This document shows, piece after piece, positions 29,714-38,319 of a DNA stretch of 64,000 bases. A program made the translations under genes and the position numbers. This stretch comes from an uncultured bacterium. Lineage in GTDB: Bacteria; Krumholzibacteriota; Krumholzibacteriia; WVZY01. The notes below the pieces were generated by a model, which searched no databases, was not told where the DNA came from, and worked only from the letters and a program-made list of their open reading frames with translations. Each line of letters begins with the position of its first letter. Position 1 is the first letter of the stretch. Where the stretch lies: positions 54,422-118,421 of the forward strand of contig CBDVBZ010000001.1 of NCBI GenBank assembly GCA_965372355.1, read 5' to 3'.

Positions 29714-30463
29714 ATGATCTCCAATTTACGGGTTTTGCGATCCCCAGTCTTGTTCGCCGTCGGGTTTGCGGTTGTGTTGAGCGTGGGGTGTGCGTCCAGC
29801 GGTTTGCGGACGGCCGTCGATGGCAGCTCTTCCAGGACAGGCGATGCGTGTGCCGTGCTCGACTCATCGTACGGCCATTCGGGTTTTTCGGATCCGTTGA
29901 CGTTCGTGGGTAAGGTGACGATCGACGCGAATCAGTATCGGGTGCGCGGTGTCGTGCGTTTCGAGACACAACCACCGAACAACGTCTACCTCGAGTTCAA
30001 CAGCAGCATGTTGTTTGGAAATCGGATCGAGGCCTTCTTCTGCTCCGTCGTGGACGACACGCTGCGCATCGTGGATCGGGAGCGAGGGCGCTATTTCGAG
30101 GGAGAGGTGGCGGAGCAGTTCTTGAGGGAACAGCTCTCGATGGACTTCTCTATCCAGCGAACGCTGGCGCTTATCCTCGGAGGACACCCGCCGTGCGGGC
30201 AGGTGGACGAGTTGAATGTGAAGCTGCGGTCGGGGGGCGACGCCCTGACCGGGCGTGCGGACGGACGTCCCTTTCGGGTCGAGTTTCTGCCCGATGGCCG
30301 TGTCGATGAGGTTCTGTGGCCGGTGCCGGATGACCCCACCGTCAAGGACAGGGTGCGCGTGGAGTACGAATGGGGGGACGCCGGATCGGCCGGGCTCAAG
30401 AGAATGACGATCCATCTCGAAGAGCGTGAGTGGCGCTGTAAGCTGATCGCCACAACCAAGTGA
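29714..30463 (+). CDS. Lipoprotein, beta-rich; tentatively DUF4292/LolB-like lipoprotein-carrier fold; translationally coupled to the TPR gene (TGAATG).
   Basis: Lipobox VLSVGC; no catalytic motifs. Family assignment tentative, from memory of TPR+DUF4292 pairs in FCB genomes. Confidence 0.5.
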   Translation: MISNLRVLRSPVLFAVGFAVVLSVGCASSGLRTAVDGSSSRTGDACAVLDSSYGHSGFSDPLTFVGKVTIDANQYRVRGVVRFETQPPNNVYLEFNSSMLFGNRIEAFFCSVVDDTLRIVDRERGRYFEGEVAEQFLREQLSMDFSIQRTLALILGGHPPCGQVDELNVKLRSGGDALTGRADGRPFRVEFLPDGRVDEVLWPVPDDPTVKDRVRVEYEWGDAGSAGLKRMTIHLEEREWRCKLIATTK

Positions 30464-30543
30464 CAGAACACGGGTTATGGTGGATGGTCTTCAGCGGACG
30501 CGGTGCGGGCCCCGTGGATAAACCGGCTGATGGACGGCACCTG

Positions 30544-30571
30544 GGAACCTTTTCCCCAGTAATCAAGTATA
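30544..30571 (+). promoter_or_regulatory. Candidate ECF-type (autoregulatory) promoter GGAACC-N16-AGTAT upstream of the ECF sigma gene.
   Basis: Read directly; AGGAAAGGA RBS and GTG start at 30594 downstream. Confidence 0.3.
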
Positions 30572-30593
30572 AGCCAACGAGGAAAGGAAACAC

Positions 30594-31223
30594 GTGTACG
30601 CCGATTCCTTCAAAGAGCGCTCGAAGCTGAAGGAGCTTAGCGACGAGGAGTTGATTCTACAGGTCCAGAAGGGCAACAACGTAGGTTTCGATATTCTTGT
30701 GGATCGCTTCAAGGTTCGGTTGTTCAACTTCCTCTACCGGATGGTCGGTGATCCTGATGAGGCCGAGGAGATCGCGCAGGAGACTTTCGTCAGGGCGTTT
30801 ATCCACGCAGACAAGTACAAGACCATCGCGAAGTTCTCGACGTGGCTCTATACGATTGGGACCAATCTCGTGCGAAACCGGATGCGCTCCAAGAAACGGG
30901 CACCCCAAATCTTCTCACTCTGGCATCGTCACTCCGACGGCGATTCGGACGAGAAGCAGATTGATGTCGTTGACACGGCCCGCCAGCCGGATACGCAATT
31001 CAACGACAAGGAACTGGGGAGCATCATCAACGATGCGATAGGCAAGATACCGGAGAAATACAGAACGAGTTTTGTTTTGAGAGAAATAAACCAGCTATCT
31101 TACGAAGAGATTGCAGCGACCACCGGGTTGAAACTCGGTACCGTGCGGTCGAGAATAAATCGTGCAAGAAACTGTTTTAGACAGTTGGTAGAGCCCCTTT
31201 TGGAGAAGGGTACTGACTTCTAG
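30594..31223 (+). CDS. RNA polymerase sigma-70 factor, ECF subfamily.
   Basis: Region 2 FNFLYRMVGDPDEAEEIAQETFVRAFIHADKY...STWLYTIGTNLVRNRMR; region 4 YRTSFVLREINQLSYEEIAATTGLKLGTVRSRINRARNCF. Confidence 0.85.
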   Translation: MYADSFKERSKLKELSDEELILQVQKGNNVGFDILVDRFKVRLFNFLYRMVGDPDEAEEIAQETFVRAFIHADKYKTIAKFSTWLYTIGTNLVRNRMRSKKRAPQIFSLWHRHSDGDSDEKQIDVVDTARQPDTQFNDKELGSIINDAIGKIPEKYRTSFVLREINQLSYEEIAATTGLKLGTVRSRINRARNCFRQLVEPLLEKGTDF

Positions 31224-31235
31224 GAGGAAGCATCA

Positions 31236-31946
31236 ATGAAGTGCCGTCGCGCAAAAACCCTGATATACGACTTTATCGACGGTATGATCGGCGATCAGGA
31301 TCGCGTCGCGTTGGAGACGCATCTCACCGAATGCAAATCCTGCGAGAGTATGGCGACCAGCCTGTCGAAGAGCCTGGATCTGTTGCACTCGGTTCCTCAG
31401 GTTCAACCGAGTGACAATTTTAACTGGAAGGTACGCCTGGGAATCACGCAAGCAAGGAACGCAATGACGTCCGACACCGCAACCGAACGTACGTGGATGA
31501 GATCGTGGAACATCAGGTTCGCGTTCAGCGCCATCTCAACGTTTGTGGTCGTCGCCACGTCGGGCTACTTCCTTTTGCGATCGAGTATCGTCCCCGGCGA
31601 TGAGCTGAGCGTGTCGAGTCCCACGACGACCGCCAAGAAGATAACGCAACCGCTGGTGCAAAACCCGCCCGCCGGAGGGAACACCGGTCCGAGGACGTTC
31701 TACGACAATATGGTGAGCCCGGGATCTCCGATCGTGACCGAGCCGGTGGCCACGAGCAACGGACGTTCGAAGGGCAGCGCCAGTCTCCTGATTGACGACG
31801 TGCCTCTCAATACCGATTCGCTGACGAGTCATTTCTTGAGATCGCGGGTCCACGAGGTACGCTCCCAATACCGGATACGCAGGCTCGAGGAGCAGATCAA
31901 GGCCCTGCAGGGCGAGCTCAGTGAGTGCACGGCGGAGGACGAGTAA
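31236..31946 (+). CDS. Transmembrane anti-sigma factor with N-terminal zf-HC2 zinc finger.
   Basis: 12 nt after the sigma gene with a GGAGGAAG RBS; H-x3-C-x2-C (HLTECKSCE); single TM FAFSAISTFVVVATSGYFLL; extracytoplasmic C-domain. Confidence 0.7.
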   Translation: MKCRRAKTLIYDFIDGMIGDQDRVALETHLTECKSCESMATSLSKSLDLLHSVPQVQPSDNFNWKVRLGITQARNAMTSDTATERTWMRSWNIRFAFSAISTFVVVATSGYFLLRSSIVPGDELSVSSPTTTAKKITQPLVQNPPAGGNTGPRTFYDNMVSPGSPIVTEPVATSNGRSKGSASLLIDDVPLNTDSLTSHFLRSRVHEVRSQYRIRRLEEQIKALQGELSECTAEDE

Positions 31947-32041
31947 CCCCTCGTCCTCCACGCTGCGGCCCCATCGTTTCTTATCCGGCGAGTCGACGAA
32001 ACACTTTGCCGCGAGCATCGGCATCGTCGTATTATTCCAGT

Positions 32042-33061
32042 ATGACACCGAAACAATTCCGCACGTTACTGCTTCTCCTGGTAGCTATGGCATTCTCCGG
32101 CATGGGCTGTCTGGAGACGGACATCCCCCCGGCGGGGTCCTACTCGGAAGTTCTGCTGGTGACGGAGGAAGGGGCAAGGGACCCTTTTGCGCGTCAGCTG
32201 GTACCCTATCTGGCCAAAGAGCTCAATTACTTCGTCAGCACCGATGTCCAGTTCCGGGTCCAGAACATACGGGCCGAGGACGTCGAAGTGGTGCCGTACG
32301 CCAAGAACGTGGTCTTCTGCGGTGCCGCCACGCCCGTCAGCCGTGTCGGACGGCAGATCACATCGCTGCTCGGCGATGCGGGAGTCGGAAGGGTGCAGTC
32401 GGGCCAGGCCAATATTTTCAAGAAGAAGGACCGGCCTGGGCCGGGTCAGGTAACGTTGATCGTCACCGCCGCCTCCGACGAGCTGTTGCACGAGGTGATC
32501 GAGGAGCGGGGAGGCGATGTCGCCGACGCCCTGGAAGCGAGCTGTCGCGAGCGTCTGCGCAAGTATCTTCTCAAGGACAAGAAGTCTAGTCTCAGCCGCG
32601 ACTTGCAGCGTGAGTACGGTTTCATGATCGATATTCCGAGTTTCTACCGGCTCCTCAGTGACGAACCGGATCCACCGGGTATCGAGCTGCTTCGTGATGG
32701 TCCGCCGAGATCGTTGGGTGTTTTCTGGGTTGACTGGGAGTACCCCCCCACGCTCGTAGATCGTGATGCGCTCTTTGACATTCGATCGGACTATGTCTTC
32801 GAGCGGTACGATGGTGACGAGATGGACCGGGGTCGTGTATCGTACACGATCGACCGGCTCGCTGACATGTACGCCGTCAGAATGGAGGGGTACTGGAGCA
32901 ACTCCAAATCGGTCGCCGGTGGCTACTACAAAACGTATTTCGTGTTCGAGGAGGCGGAGAGGCTTCTTTGGGTGATCGACCTCCTGGTCTATGCGCCGGG
33001 ATTGCCCAAGCACCCGCATTTTCGGGAGCTGCTGGCCATCGCAGAGACGTTTCGATACTAA
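32042..33061 (+). CDS. Lipoprotein of unknown function (tentatively DUF4837-like).
   Basis: Signal peptide plus lipobox LLLLLVAMAFSGMGC; about 340 aa. Family call from memory only. Confidence 0.5.
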   Translation: MTPKQFRTLLLLLVAMAFSGMGCLETDIPPAGSYSEVLLVTEEGARDPFARQLVPYLAKELNYFVSTDVQFRVQNIRAEDVEVVPYAKNVVFCGAATPVSRVGRQITSLLGDAGVGRVQSGQANIFKKKDRPGPGQVTLIVTAASDELLHEVIEERGGDVADALEASCRERLRKYLLKDKKSSLSRDLQREYGFMIDIPSFYRLLSDEPDPPGIELLRDGPPRSLGVFWVDWEYPPTLVDRDALFDIRSDYVFERYDGDEMDRGRVSYTIDRLADMYAVRMEGYWSNSKSVAGGYYKTYFVFEEAERLLWVIDLLVYAPGLPKHPHFRELLAIAETFRY

Positions 33062-33090
33062 CCGCGTGGCACGATGCTGCCCCGGCCGGT

Positions 33091-33106
33091 TGGCACAAGA
33101 AGTGCA
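33091..33106 (+). promoter_or_regulatory. Sigma-54-like element TGGCACA-agaa-GTGCA (GG-N10-GC) upstream of the second TPR gene; a second, off-register TGGCACG lies 24 nt upstream.
   Basis: Read directly. Confidence 0.25.
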
Positions 33107-33278
33107 TAGAGGTTAGCGGGCCAGGGGTCCGCCCGTCCTGGGGTCGTGAGTGGTGGCCGGGTGTAATTTGTTTTTTGATAAAAAGATACGGAGTGGAGTG
33201 GCCGCGTGCGCCCACGACGGCGGGTTTGCATGGTGGCCGTAATGTGGGTTGACACGGGCCATTGCGTTCGGACCATCG

Positions 33279-34280
33279 ATGAGAGAGACACTCGACATCA
33301 CGGAACGGGATCTCGAAGGGCTGTTCGAGAGGTACCGTCGTTCGCCGGAGAGTCGCGTCTTCGTAATGCTCGCCGACGCGTGTCGAAAGACCGACCGGAT
33401 CGAGGAAGCGCTCGAGATTTGCGAACAGGGCCTCGGGAGACACCCCGAATACGCGAGCGGATACGTCGTCAAAGGCAAGTGTCTCTATGACCTCGAGCGT
33501 CATGAGGACGCCCAGAGGGCCTTCGTGACGGTTCTGGATTCTGACGCGGACAATCTCGTGGCACTCAAATACCTCGGAATGATGGAAGCACTTGCCGGCC
33601 GTTTTGACTCGGCGCGCAGGTATCTCAAACAAATTCTGCGACTGGATCCAGAGAATCCCGAGATTATGGCTGCTCTGAAGCACGTCGACGAGCAGCGGCA
33701 AGGCGATCCCCGGCAGAGCAAGCGCGGGGCGGTCGAGCGCCGACAGGTCGACGACGAAGTTGCGGCGGAGAAACCTGCCGCGTCGAAAGAGCCCGAGACG
33801 GTTGTGGAGGATGATATCGAGGTCTCGGACGAGCTTGCCACGATCACTCTCGCCGACATCTATGCGTCGCAGGGCTACAAGGACAAGGCGCTGAAGATCT
33901 ACGAAGAGGTACTGACCAGACAACCCCACAATGAAACGATAAAACGCAAGATCGCAGGGCTCGCCGGTGACCCTTCCAGGACAGGCGCACCGGACGCCGA
34001 GCAAGAACCCTCCATCGCTATAGACGCGGATGACGACAAGAGCGAGCGCGCCGCCCGGAAGACGGATTTCGAGCGCGTGACGAACGAGGGAGCCGATGAA
34101 GACGCGGAAGCGGCCGACGAAGCGCTTCCAGGACCGGTCCTTTCAGGACAGGCGAAATGGGCGCCCGGGCAGGATGTAGAGACTCGTGCGGCCCACGCGC
34201 GGGCAGAAAAGCCGCAGAAGATCGACGAAGGGCAAAACATCGATCACTTTAAACAGTGGCTCGAGGGGTTGCGCAAGTAG
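33279..34280 (+). CDS. TPR-repeat protein with an acidic, low-complexity C-terminal tail.
   Basis: TPR consensus spacing through about residue 230; the C-terminal 100 aa is D/E/A-rich and carries three copies of the CTTCCAGGACAGGC DNA motif in different frames. Start could be TTG at 33249. Confidence 0.6.
   Translation: MRETLDITERDLEGLFERYRRSPESRVFVMLADACRKTDRIEEALEICEQGLGRHPEYASGYVVKGKCLYDLERHEDAQRAFVTVLDSDADNLVALKYLGMMEALAGRFDSARRYLKQILRLDPENPEIMAALKHVDEQRQGDPRQSKRGAVERRQVDDEVAAEKPAASKEPETVVEDDIEVSDELATITLADIYASQGYKDKALKIYEEVLTRQPHNETIKRKIAGLAGDPSRTGAPDAEQEPSIAIDADDDKSERAARKTDFERVTNEGADEDAEAADEALPGPVLSGQAKWAPGQDVETRAAHARAEKPQKIDEGQNIDHFKQWLEGLRK
33973..33986 (+). repeat. Exact copy of the dispersed motif CTTCCAGGACAGGC (inside the 3' end of the TPR gene).
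   Basis: Read directly. Confidence 0.8.
34125..34152 (+). repeat. Two abutting near-copies CTTCCAGGACCGG + CTTTCAGGACAGGC (1 mismatch each).
   Basis: Read directly. Confidence 0.7.
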
Positions 34281-34418
34281 TCCGGCCCCGTTGTGAATCC
34301 ACGCCTCAACCTCGAATTTCCGTTGTAAACCCCGTTGTGAATCCCATACCATAGCAGCCTGGTGGGTCGAACGCTTCGCCAGACGGATACCCAATGCAAC
34401 GCTGGCCTGAAGACAGCT

Positions 34419-34502
34419 CTTCCGGGACAGGCGTTACATCGGCCGATTGGGGCTCTTCCAGGACAGGCTGATGCCCTGCTTACGCAGCCCTTCCAGGACC
34501 GG
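34419..34502 (+). repeat. Three same-orientation motif copies at 35-36-bp spacing in the efp upstream region: CTTCCGGGACAGGC (34419), CTTCCAGGACAGGC (34455, exact), CTTCCAGGACCGG (34490). Iteron/operator-like array 38-120 bp upstream of the efp ATG.
   Basis: Read directly. Confidence 0.75.
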
Positions 34503-34539
34503 TTCAACCGGCAGTAGCATTCTAAAGGAGTCGGATAAG

Positions 34540-35097
34540 ATGGCGGACACGAGCGATTTTCGGAACGGTATGATTCTCAGCATGGGCGGTGATTACTGGA
34601 CTATTGTTGAATTTCAACACGTCAAACCCGGCAAGGGCGGCGCATTCGTTCGAACCAAGATCAAGAATCTCCTCACCGGACAGGTCAAGGAAAACACGTT
34701 TCGAGCAGGTGAGCGGGTCGAAGAGGTCAGGGTCGTGCGACGGCAGTACCAGTACCTGTACGAGTCCGCCGGGATGTACTACATGATGGACAAGGAGTCC
34801 TTCGAGCAGATACCGCTCGCCGAATCCATGCTGGATAACAAAAAAGGATTCCTCAAGGAGAACACGGATGTCGATATTTTGATCGATGGTGACAGGGCTC
34901 TGCTCGTGGAGCTGCCCACGTTCGTCGAGCTGGAGGTCAAGGAGACCGAACCCGGTGTCCGAGGCGACACGGCCCAGGGAGCTTCCAAACAGGCAACCAT
35001 GGAAACCGGACTGGTCGTGCATGTCCCGCTCTTCGTCGATATCGGAGACACGCTCCGTATCGATACGCGGACGGGCAAGTATGTCACCCGGGTCTGA
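34540..35097 (+). CDS. efp: Elongation factor P.
   Basis: MADTSDFRNGM...; conserved loop HVKPGKGGAFVRTKIKNL (modified Lys/Arg site); 185 aa; AAAGGAG RBS. Confidence 0.95.
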   Translation: MADTSDFRNGMILSMGGDYWTIVEFQHVKPGKGGAFVRTKIKNLLTGQVKENTFRAGERVEEVRVVRRQYQYLYESAGMYYMMDKESFEQIPLAESMLDNKKGFLKENTDVDILIDGDRALLVELPTFVELEVKETEPGVRGDTAQGASKQATMETGLVVHVPLFVDIGDTLRIDTRTGKYVTRV

Positions 35098-35122
35098 CGC
35101 GTCGATAACCAGGGAGACGATT

Positions 35123-35581
35123 ATGCGCAGGGAAGAACTCAAGGGATTGATCAAGCTCGTCGAGGAAAGCGATATCAGCGAGCTTGAAATCTGCGAGGGC
35201 AAGAGAAAGATCCGCATTGCAAAGAGTCGACCGGGTTCGGACCACGGCGCGGCATCCGTCGGCCAGCCGGCCCCTGCCGCCGAGCCCCAGGCCACACAAC
35301 CTGTTGTTTCATCGAACGAGGCGGAGAAACTGGCATCAAACTTGAAAGAGATAACGTCACCAATGGTGGGAACCTTTTACCGGGCTCCCGCGCCCGAAGC
35401 AGGTCCGTTTACCGATGTGGGGCAGCGTGTGACCGTGGGGCAGACGGTCTGCATCGTCGAGGCCATGAAGCTGATGAACGAGATAGGCGCGGAGTTCAGC
35501 GGGATCGTCCGCGAGGTGCTCGTGGAGAACGGACAGCCGATCGAGTTTGGTCAGGCTCTGTTTCTCGTTGAGCCCACATAA
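35123..35581 (+). CDS. accB: Acetyl-CoA carboxylase biotin carboxyl carrier protein.
   Basis: Pro/Ala-rich linker; biotinyl-Lys motif CIVEAMKLMNEI; C-terminus ...GQALFLVEP. Confidence 0.9.
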   Translation: MRREELKGLIKLVEESDISELEICEGKRKIRIAKSRPGSDHGAASVGQPAPAAEPQATQPVVSSNEAEKLASNLKEITSPMVGTFYRAPAPEAGPFTDVGQRVTVGQTVCIVEAMKLMNEIGAEFSGIVREVLVENGQPIEFGQALFLVEPT

Positions 35582-35601
35582 GTTAAGACGGAAGGTGACG
35601 G

Positions 35602-36720
35602 ATGAACATCAAAGTGCTGTTAGAGGAACTGGTGCAGCTCGGGGCGTCGGATCTGCATCTCAAACCGGGTATCCCGCCCGTGGTCCGGCTCCACGGCAGC
35701 CTCAAGCGGCTCAACCACCCCGCACCGACTCCAAAAGACATGGAAGAAGTGGCCCGTCAGATACTTACGCCGGCTCAGCGTGAAAAGTTCGAGACCAGCA
35801 AAGAGGTTGATTTTGCATTCGGAATCACCGGTCTTGCACGGTTTCGGGCGAACTGCTACGTGCAGCGAAACACGATTGCCATGGTGTTCCGGCACGTTCC
35901 TGTGACGATCCGAACGATCGAGGAGCTGAGGTTGCCGGAAGTCATCGGCGAGCTGGCCCTCAGGCCACGCGGGATGATCCTCGTGACGGGCACGGTGGGA
36001 AGCGGCAAATCAACCACGCTCGCCGCGATGGTCCAGCAGATCAATCGCAGTCTCAGCGCCTCGATCATTACGATCGAGGATCCGATCGAGTTTCTTCACC
36101 GCGACATCAAGGGGATCATCAACCAGCGGGAAGTCGGCAGCGACACCGTGTCGTACCACGAAGCGCTCCGTCATGTCTTACGCCAGGACCCCGATGTCAT
36201 CCTGATCGGAGAGATCCGTGACCAGGAGACGATGGAGATCGCGCTCAAGGCAGCGGATACCGGTCACCTCGTTTTGAGCACGCTTCATACGATCGACGCC
36301 ATGCAGACGGTCAACCGAGTGATCTCGTTCTTTCCCCCGCACCAGCACCAGGAGATCCGTTATCTGCTCGCCTCGACCTTACAGTCGGTGATCAGTCAGC
36401 GGCTGTTGCCGACGGTTGGTGGGGACGGCATGGTGGCCGCAGTTGAGGTCATGGTGGCCACCGGAACGATTCGCGAGTGCATCCTCAATCCCGAGAAGAC
36501 GCCCCTGATAACGCAGACGATGCGTGAGGGTGTCACACAGCACAAGATGCAGACGTTCGACCAGGCTCTGATGAAGCTCTACCAGGAAGAATCGATCACG
36601 CTGGACGTCGCTCTGCGCGCCAGTACCAATCCGCACGAGCTCACGCTCCGCCTGAAGGGAATCCAGGCAACTGCTGACAAGTCCTGGGACAGTTTCGAGA
36701 GCGAGAAGCAAGAGGCCTAG
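35602..36720 (+). CDS. pilT: Twitching-motility ATPase PilT (type IV pilus retraction).
   Basis: Walker A GTVGSGKSTTLAAM, Asp box GEIRD, His box LSTLHT, PilT-type C-terminus; 372 aa. Confidence 0.9.
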   Translation: MNIKVLLEELVQLGASDLHLKPGIPPVVRLHGSLKRLNHPAPTPKDMEEVARQILTPAQREKFETSKEVDFAFGITGLARFRANCYVQRNTIAMVFRHVPVTIRTIEELRLPEVIGELALRPRGMILVTGTVGSGKSTTLAAMVQQINRSLSASIITIEDPIEFLHRDIKGIINQREVGSDTVSYHEALRHVLRQDPDVILIGEIRDQETMEIALKAADTGHLVLSTLHTIDAMQTVNRVISFFPPHQHQEIRYLLASTLQSVISQRLLPTVGGDGMVAAVEVMVATGTIRECILNPEKTPLITQTMREGVTQHKMQTFDQALMKLYQEESITLDVALRASTNPHELTLRLKGIQATADKSWDSFESEKQEA

Positions 36721-36905
36721 AAAACGCCTCGGGCCGCGGATGGCGACGAACGGGCGCCCCGCTCGGCGCGCAGCCTGACCTGGAAGGGCGTTAGCGAGCA
36801 CGGGTGGGGTGTTCGGTGATCCCCTCCGGGGACAGGCAGGACCCGCGGCCGTCCTTCCCATTTCCGTCCTTTCCAAGAACGCATCCGTTGTGATAGCTTT
36901 CCGTT

Positions 36906-38258
36906 ATGTTTCAACGGATACTGGTTGCCAACCGGGGTGAGATCGCACTCCGGATCATGCGTGCATGCAAGGAACTCCGGATCGAGACGGTGGCTGTACA
37001 CAGTACGGCGGATACCGACGCCCTCCATGTCAAGTTTGCCGATGAGGCCATCTGCATCGGCCCGCACCCGGCGCCCGAGAGCTACCTGAACCACAATCGA
37101 ATCCTCGCCGCGGCGGAAGTCAGTGGGGCGGATGCGATCCATCCCGGGTATGGTTTTCTCGCGGAGAACGCCGAGTTCGCGGACATGTGCGAGTCGTGCA
37201 ATCTGACCTGGATTGGGCCGTCGCCGGAGACGATTGCTCGCATGGGAAACAAATCACTGGCGAAACAGATGATGGCGGAGTCCGGTGTCCCGGTCATTCC
37301 GGGTTCGGAGGGCTCGATCGGGTCCGAGAAAGAGGCGCTCAAGATTGCAGAGGAGATTGGCTACCCGGTCCTCGTCAAGGCGGCGTCCGGTGGCGGAGGC
37401 AAGGGGATGCGCGTCGCCGACACACCCGAGGCGCTTGCCGACGGTCTGCTCATTGCGCGCGCCGAAGCCGAGAGTAGTTTTGGGGACCCGTCGGTCTATC
37501 TGGAGCGATACCTCGCCAACCCGCGCCATGTCGAAATTCAACTCATCGGCGATTACGCCGGCAGCATCGTCCACCTGGGCGAGCGCGATTGCTCGATTCA
37601 GCGACGACATCAGAAACTACTCGAGGAGTCTCCCTGCGCGGGGCTCGACCGCGGGATCAGGGATCAGCTGTTCGAGGCATCCCTCCGTGGCGCCAGGGCG
37701 ATGAACTACCACTCGGCGGGGACGATGGAGTTTCTCGTCGAAGGTGGCGAGTTCTTTTTTATGGAAATGAACACGCGAATTCAGGTCGAGCATCCCGTGA
37801 CCGAAATGGTCACCGGCCGCGATCTGGTCAAGGAGCAGATATCCGTCGCGGCGGGTGAGGCACTATCCTTCCGTCAGGATGAAATCCAGTTCACCGGTCA
37901 CGCGATCGAGTGTCGTGTGAATGCCGAGGATCCGCGGCAGGATTTCATGCCTTCCCCCGGTACGATCTCGTTCCTTCATCTGCCTGGAGGCACCGGCGTG
38001 CGGGTCGATTCCCACGTCTACCAGGGATACGAGATTTCGCCGTACTACGATTCGATGATTGCCAAAATTGTTTGTCACGGTCTCGACCGAGCCGAAGCCA
38101 TCGGACGGATGAAGCGGGCTCTCGAGGAGTGCGTCATTGATGGTGTGGAGACCACCCTGGAGTTTCATCAGGCGATCATCCAGGATCCGCGCTTTGTGAG
38201 CGGTGATCTCAGCACCCGCTTTCTGGAGCACCTCGACTGGTGGGACGCCAAAAAATAG
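36906..38258 (+). CDS. accC: Acetyl-CoA carboxylase biotin carboxylase subunit.
   Basis: MFQRILVANRGEIALRIMRACKELRIETVAVHS...; ATP-grasp; about 450 aa. Confidence 0.95.
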   Translation: MFQRILVANRGEIALRIMRACKELRIETVAVHSTADTDALHVKFADEAICIGPHPAPESYLNHNRILAAAEVSGADAIHPGYGFLAENAEFADMCESCNLTWIGPSPETIARMGNKSLAKQMMAESGVPVIPGSEGSIGSEKEALKIAEEIGYPVLVKAASGGGGKGMRVADTPEALADGLLIARAEAESSFGDPSVYLERYLANPRHVEIQLIGDYAGSIVHLGERDCSIQRRHQKLLEESPCAGLDRGIRDQLFEASLRGARAMNYHSAGTMEFLVEGGEFFFMEMNTRIQVEHPVTEMVTGRDLVKEQISVAAGEALSFRQDEIQFTGHAIECRVNAEDPRQDFMPSPGTISFLHLPGGTGVRVDSHVYQGYEISPYYDSMIAKIVCHGLDRAEAIGRMKRALEECVIDGVETTLEFHQAIIQDPRFVSGDLSTRFLEHLDWWDAKK

Positions 38259-38319
38259 GTGGCAGCCCGTTTGATAGGTGCTAGAATTCGCCCTTGGGAT
38301 TCCAACCCCCCAGCAGAAT

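Noticed and set aside
33973-34152. Explaining the motif copies inside the TPR gene as a peptide repeat
   Set aside because: The copies are read in different frames (…DPSRTGAP… vs …LPGPVLSGQ…), so they are not a protein-level repeat.
36822-36836. CCTCCGGGGACAGGC as another copy of the dispersed motif
   Set aside because: Three mismatches to the 14-mer, so too degenerate to count as a confident copy. Mentioned only as supportive context.
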